DNA of 64,000 nucleotides from Shigella phage ESh21: sequence record ON528731; one strand, 5' to 3'. Shown piece by piece: positions 60,313 to 64,000 of this stretch (position 1 is its first letter; each line of letters starts with the position of its first letter). The notes under the pieces were generated by a model. It saw only the letters and a program-made list of their open reading frames with translations, ran no database searches and was not told where the DNA came from. The position numbers and the translations under genes were made by a program.

Positions 60313-62546
60313 TGGCACAGTATACAGTTGATAGTTTTATTGTGGAACTTGGATTCAGTGAAAAGGTTGTAAAAGGTTTACAGAGAGTTGAAAAGATGGC
60401 TATGCAATCTGCTCAACGCATCGAAAGAAACATTAACAAAGCCTTTGACGTGAAGCCTAATAAAAGTTCTCAAGAAGCTCTAAACAGACTTGTTAAAAAC
60501 GCTCAGACTGCTTCGGGCAGAATCAATAAATCCCTAAACAACGCTCTCAATTTAGATTCCCAAGGTGTTAAATCTCTACGTAAATTAGAGACACAAGGGA
60601 AGAAGACAGCTAAAGAAATTAATAAGGCTCTCAGACAAGCTATGAACGTTGACGGTAAAGTTAATATTCGTGGTGGTGCTGGTAGAGGTCGTGGAAATAC
60701 CGTTCCCCCAGTGGGTGGAGGTTCACCAAGAGTTAGGCCTGATATTGCTCAGAGACAAATGGAAAGGATGTTTAATAACAACTTCTACTCTGGCCTTACT
60801 CGTCGTCTTGAAACTATTGGTGGACAGGGTAACCAAATGGCTGCTTCTTTCAGAGGCAACTTGCAAGGAATCTATAACAAGTATAAAGGGAGTGGTAAGG
60901 TTGGTGAATATGAGATGGAAGTTAAAAAACTCATTGACACAACCAAACGTTGGGTTATTGCAGAAAATGCTAGAATCAAGGCAGTCAAAGAATCAGCTTG
61001 GCTACAGGATAGAGCAAACTCTTCACTAAGACAGTTAATTGGTGGTTTTGTTTCCGCCTATGCTTTGTTAGAATTAGCTCAGAAGACAATTGATGCAGGT
61101 GTTAAAAGACAGTCTGCACAGTTAGCCTCAACAGCTATCTTTGGAGCAGATACACAACAAGCTAGAATGTTCGCTGCTACGTTCGCTCACCAGATTGGTC
61201 AGAACTACACAGACACTATGAAGCAGTACTCAAACTTCGCTGCTGGTGCTCAACCTGCACTTGGTTTTGAAGGTACTCAGGAGTTCTATAAGAATGCTGC
61301 AATGTTCTCTCGTATTAGAGGGGCATCTGATGAAGACTTGAAAGGTATCATGGTTGCTTTCCAGCAAATGGCATCTAAGGGTAAAGTTCAGGCTGAAGAA
61401 CTCCGTGGTCAGTTAGGTGACCGTTTGGCAGGTGCTGTTCAGTTGTTCTCTGATGCTATCGGTAAGACTCCACAAGAACTTGATAAGTTGATGCAGGATG
61501 GTAAGCTACTTGCTAAAGACGTTCTTCCAAAAGTCTCTGAGAAGATGAGAGAATTGGTTGACGCAGCAGGTGGTATGAATGCTGTATCTAAGCAGACTGC
61601 TACATCAATGGGTCAAGCAAAAGCTATGTGGGATAACACCTTAGTGGCTCTCTTCAACAACTCTAGTGATGGTATCTCACAGTTGTCTAACTCCGTTGCA
61701 ATGTTCTTGCAAGGTTCCCTTGGGACTACTGAAGCTCTTGGTACTGGTATTGACTACCTGTTAAAAGGTGCTAGTAACCTTCTGGACTTCATCACAGATA
61801 TCATGTATCGAATCTCTGGACTGTACTACCTAGCAATGGGATATTACAGTGATTTAGGTGCAAGTCAACAGAAACTTATCAAGGACTCTGCTGAGTTAGT
61901 TGCAACGTTTACTGCTATCGGTGTTGCAATTGCAACTATCACGAAAGTTGCTAAAATCTTCGGTGGTACTGTAGCATTTGTCAAGAGTATTTTTGAAGAA
62001 GGTATTTTGGCTAAGATTGCTCAAAAGCTTGGTCTGACAACAGCAGCAGAGACAGTAGCTACAACGGCTGGTGTAACAGGAACTAGAATGGCTCTTGGTG
62101 TAGGTGGTTCTGCACTTATGCTTTCAAGTTCGGCTGACCCAAATGCTGGGAAGAGATTTAGTGATGTTAATACACCAAACCCTTTCAACGAAGCTATTGC
62201 TGGGGTTACCAATGCTAAACGTCCGATGTTCTTTGACCAAAATGGACAGTTGAGGTTCGCACAATATACCACTGACACTTCTGGAAATATTCAGAGAGTG
62301 GATAATGGATTGTCAAATTGGGATATCATCATGAACAACCTGTCTGAGTCTTTAAACAACTTTGCAACTAAGTTTAACCAGACACCAATGATGATGAGTC
62401 CATCTGGATTCCCATTACAAACTAAGCAGACGCTTAATGTTTCCTTTAATCTGGATGGTAAGCAGATTGCTAATAAAATGGTGGATATCACTAATAAGAG
62501 TCAGGAAGATATTCTGTTAAGTTCTAGCTACCCAGAGGATGAATAA
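60312..62546 (+). CDS. tail tape measure protein
   Basis: 744 aa, long helical N-terminal region, Gly-rich stretch, position after chaperones. Confidence 0.7.
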
Positions 62547-63351
62547 TGTTATGGGATAACAACATGCAAATCAAGTATTCTGGAAAGGATGGTATTTATT
62601 TCCATCTGAGGGATAATGTAGATGCTTTCCTTACACTATCTGCAACAGAAAACATGGAGTATGACTCACCTATGTTGGTGACAACTCAATCGGTTCAAAG
62701 TGGTCAAACAGTCACAGATAACGTACAGCGTTCTCCAAAGACTATTTCCATTAGTGGTGTTGTTGTAGTGGGCTACGAAGGTAGCCTTCTATTAACTCGT
62801 CAAGGTCAACTTGTAGAGAACTTCATTAGTACAGTTGAAACGTGGAGAGACCAGAAACAGATTATTTCAATTGTCTGTAAAGATGGTATCAAGATTGATG
62901 ATTCTATTATTACACAGTTTAAAGCTTCGAAGGAACATACAATTGCTAATGGTCTTCGTATTCAGATGACCTTTCAAGAAATTAACTTTAAAGCTGTAGT
63001 TGGGACAACTGATGTTTCTGCTGCAACTGGTAAAACAGCGACGACAAAAGATGATGGAGTTACTTCTAAGAAGAATACAGGTAACACTACAACATCTATT
63101 GGAAATGGTAAACTGAACTGTCAACTATTATATGACTTGCGAGCTAACGGAGTAAGACCACTTTCTAGTGCAGAACAGAAAGCTTTAGGTAATTGTGGTC
63201 TTTCTGCAAACACTAGTAAAGGTGTTACATCATTTAGTGATAAAGCTAACGCTGATGCTGCAAGTGCAATTAGGCAGTCTCAACTTACTGCTGGTGAAGG
63301 TAATGCACTTAAGACTCATTCTGTAAACCCTAACAAAAAAGGAACTTACTA

Positions 63352-63352
<1 letters not shown>
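62546..63352 (+). CDS. tail/baseplate protein
   Basis: 268 aa directly after tape measure. Confidence 0.45.

Positions 63353-64000
<648 letters not shown>

Overview
The window reads as part of a virulent, AT-rich tailed dsDNA phage genome; gene content and order resemble a Felix O1-like myovirus (inference from content, no database search was run). From left to right: (1) a plus-strand nucleotide-metabolism and early block with an RNase H-like 5'-3' exonuclease, aerobic and anaerobic ribonucleotide reductases (nrdA, nrdB, glutaredoxin, nrdD, nrdG), PRPP synthetase plus nicotinamide phosphoribosyltransferase (NAD+ salvage), rIIA/rIIB, a spanin-like overlapping gene pair and a macro-domain protein; (2) an accessory island of about 15 small orphan genes (25.6-31.5 kb), most preceded by a near-identical promoter-hairpin-RBS cassette; (3) a 1.5 kb ORF-free region (31.57-33.08 kb) packed with short iterons phased at about 10-11 bp; (4) a minus-strand block (33.1-41.6 kb) of mostly unknown genes including an endolysin and two paralogous proteins, one with Ig-like repeats; (5) a vWA-domain protein followed by an array of 27 tRNA genes (43.9-48.6 kb) interspersed with repeated structured spacers, a tRNA-like fragment and small ORFs; (6) the start of the morphogenesis module (large terminase, portal, protease/scaffold, decoration and major capsid proteins, sheath, tube, chaperones with a -1 frameshift site, tape measure). 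The most unusual signals are the iteron field, the cassette-driven orphan-gene island, the candidate counter-defence genes (macro domain next to NAD+ salvage), and the structured elements inside the tRNA array next to the vWA protein. All functional calls come from motif recognition by eye; tRNA anticodon assignments are manual and tentative.
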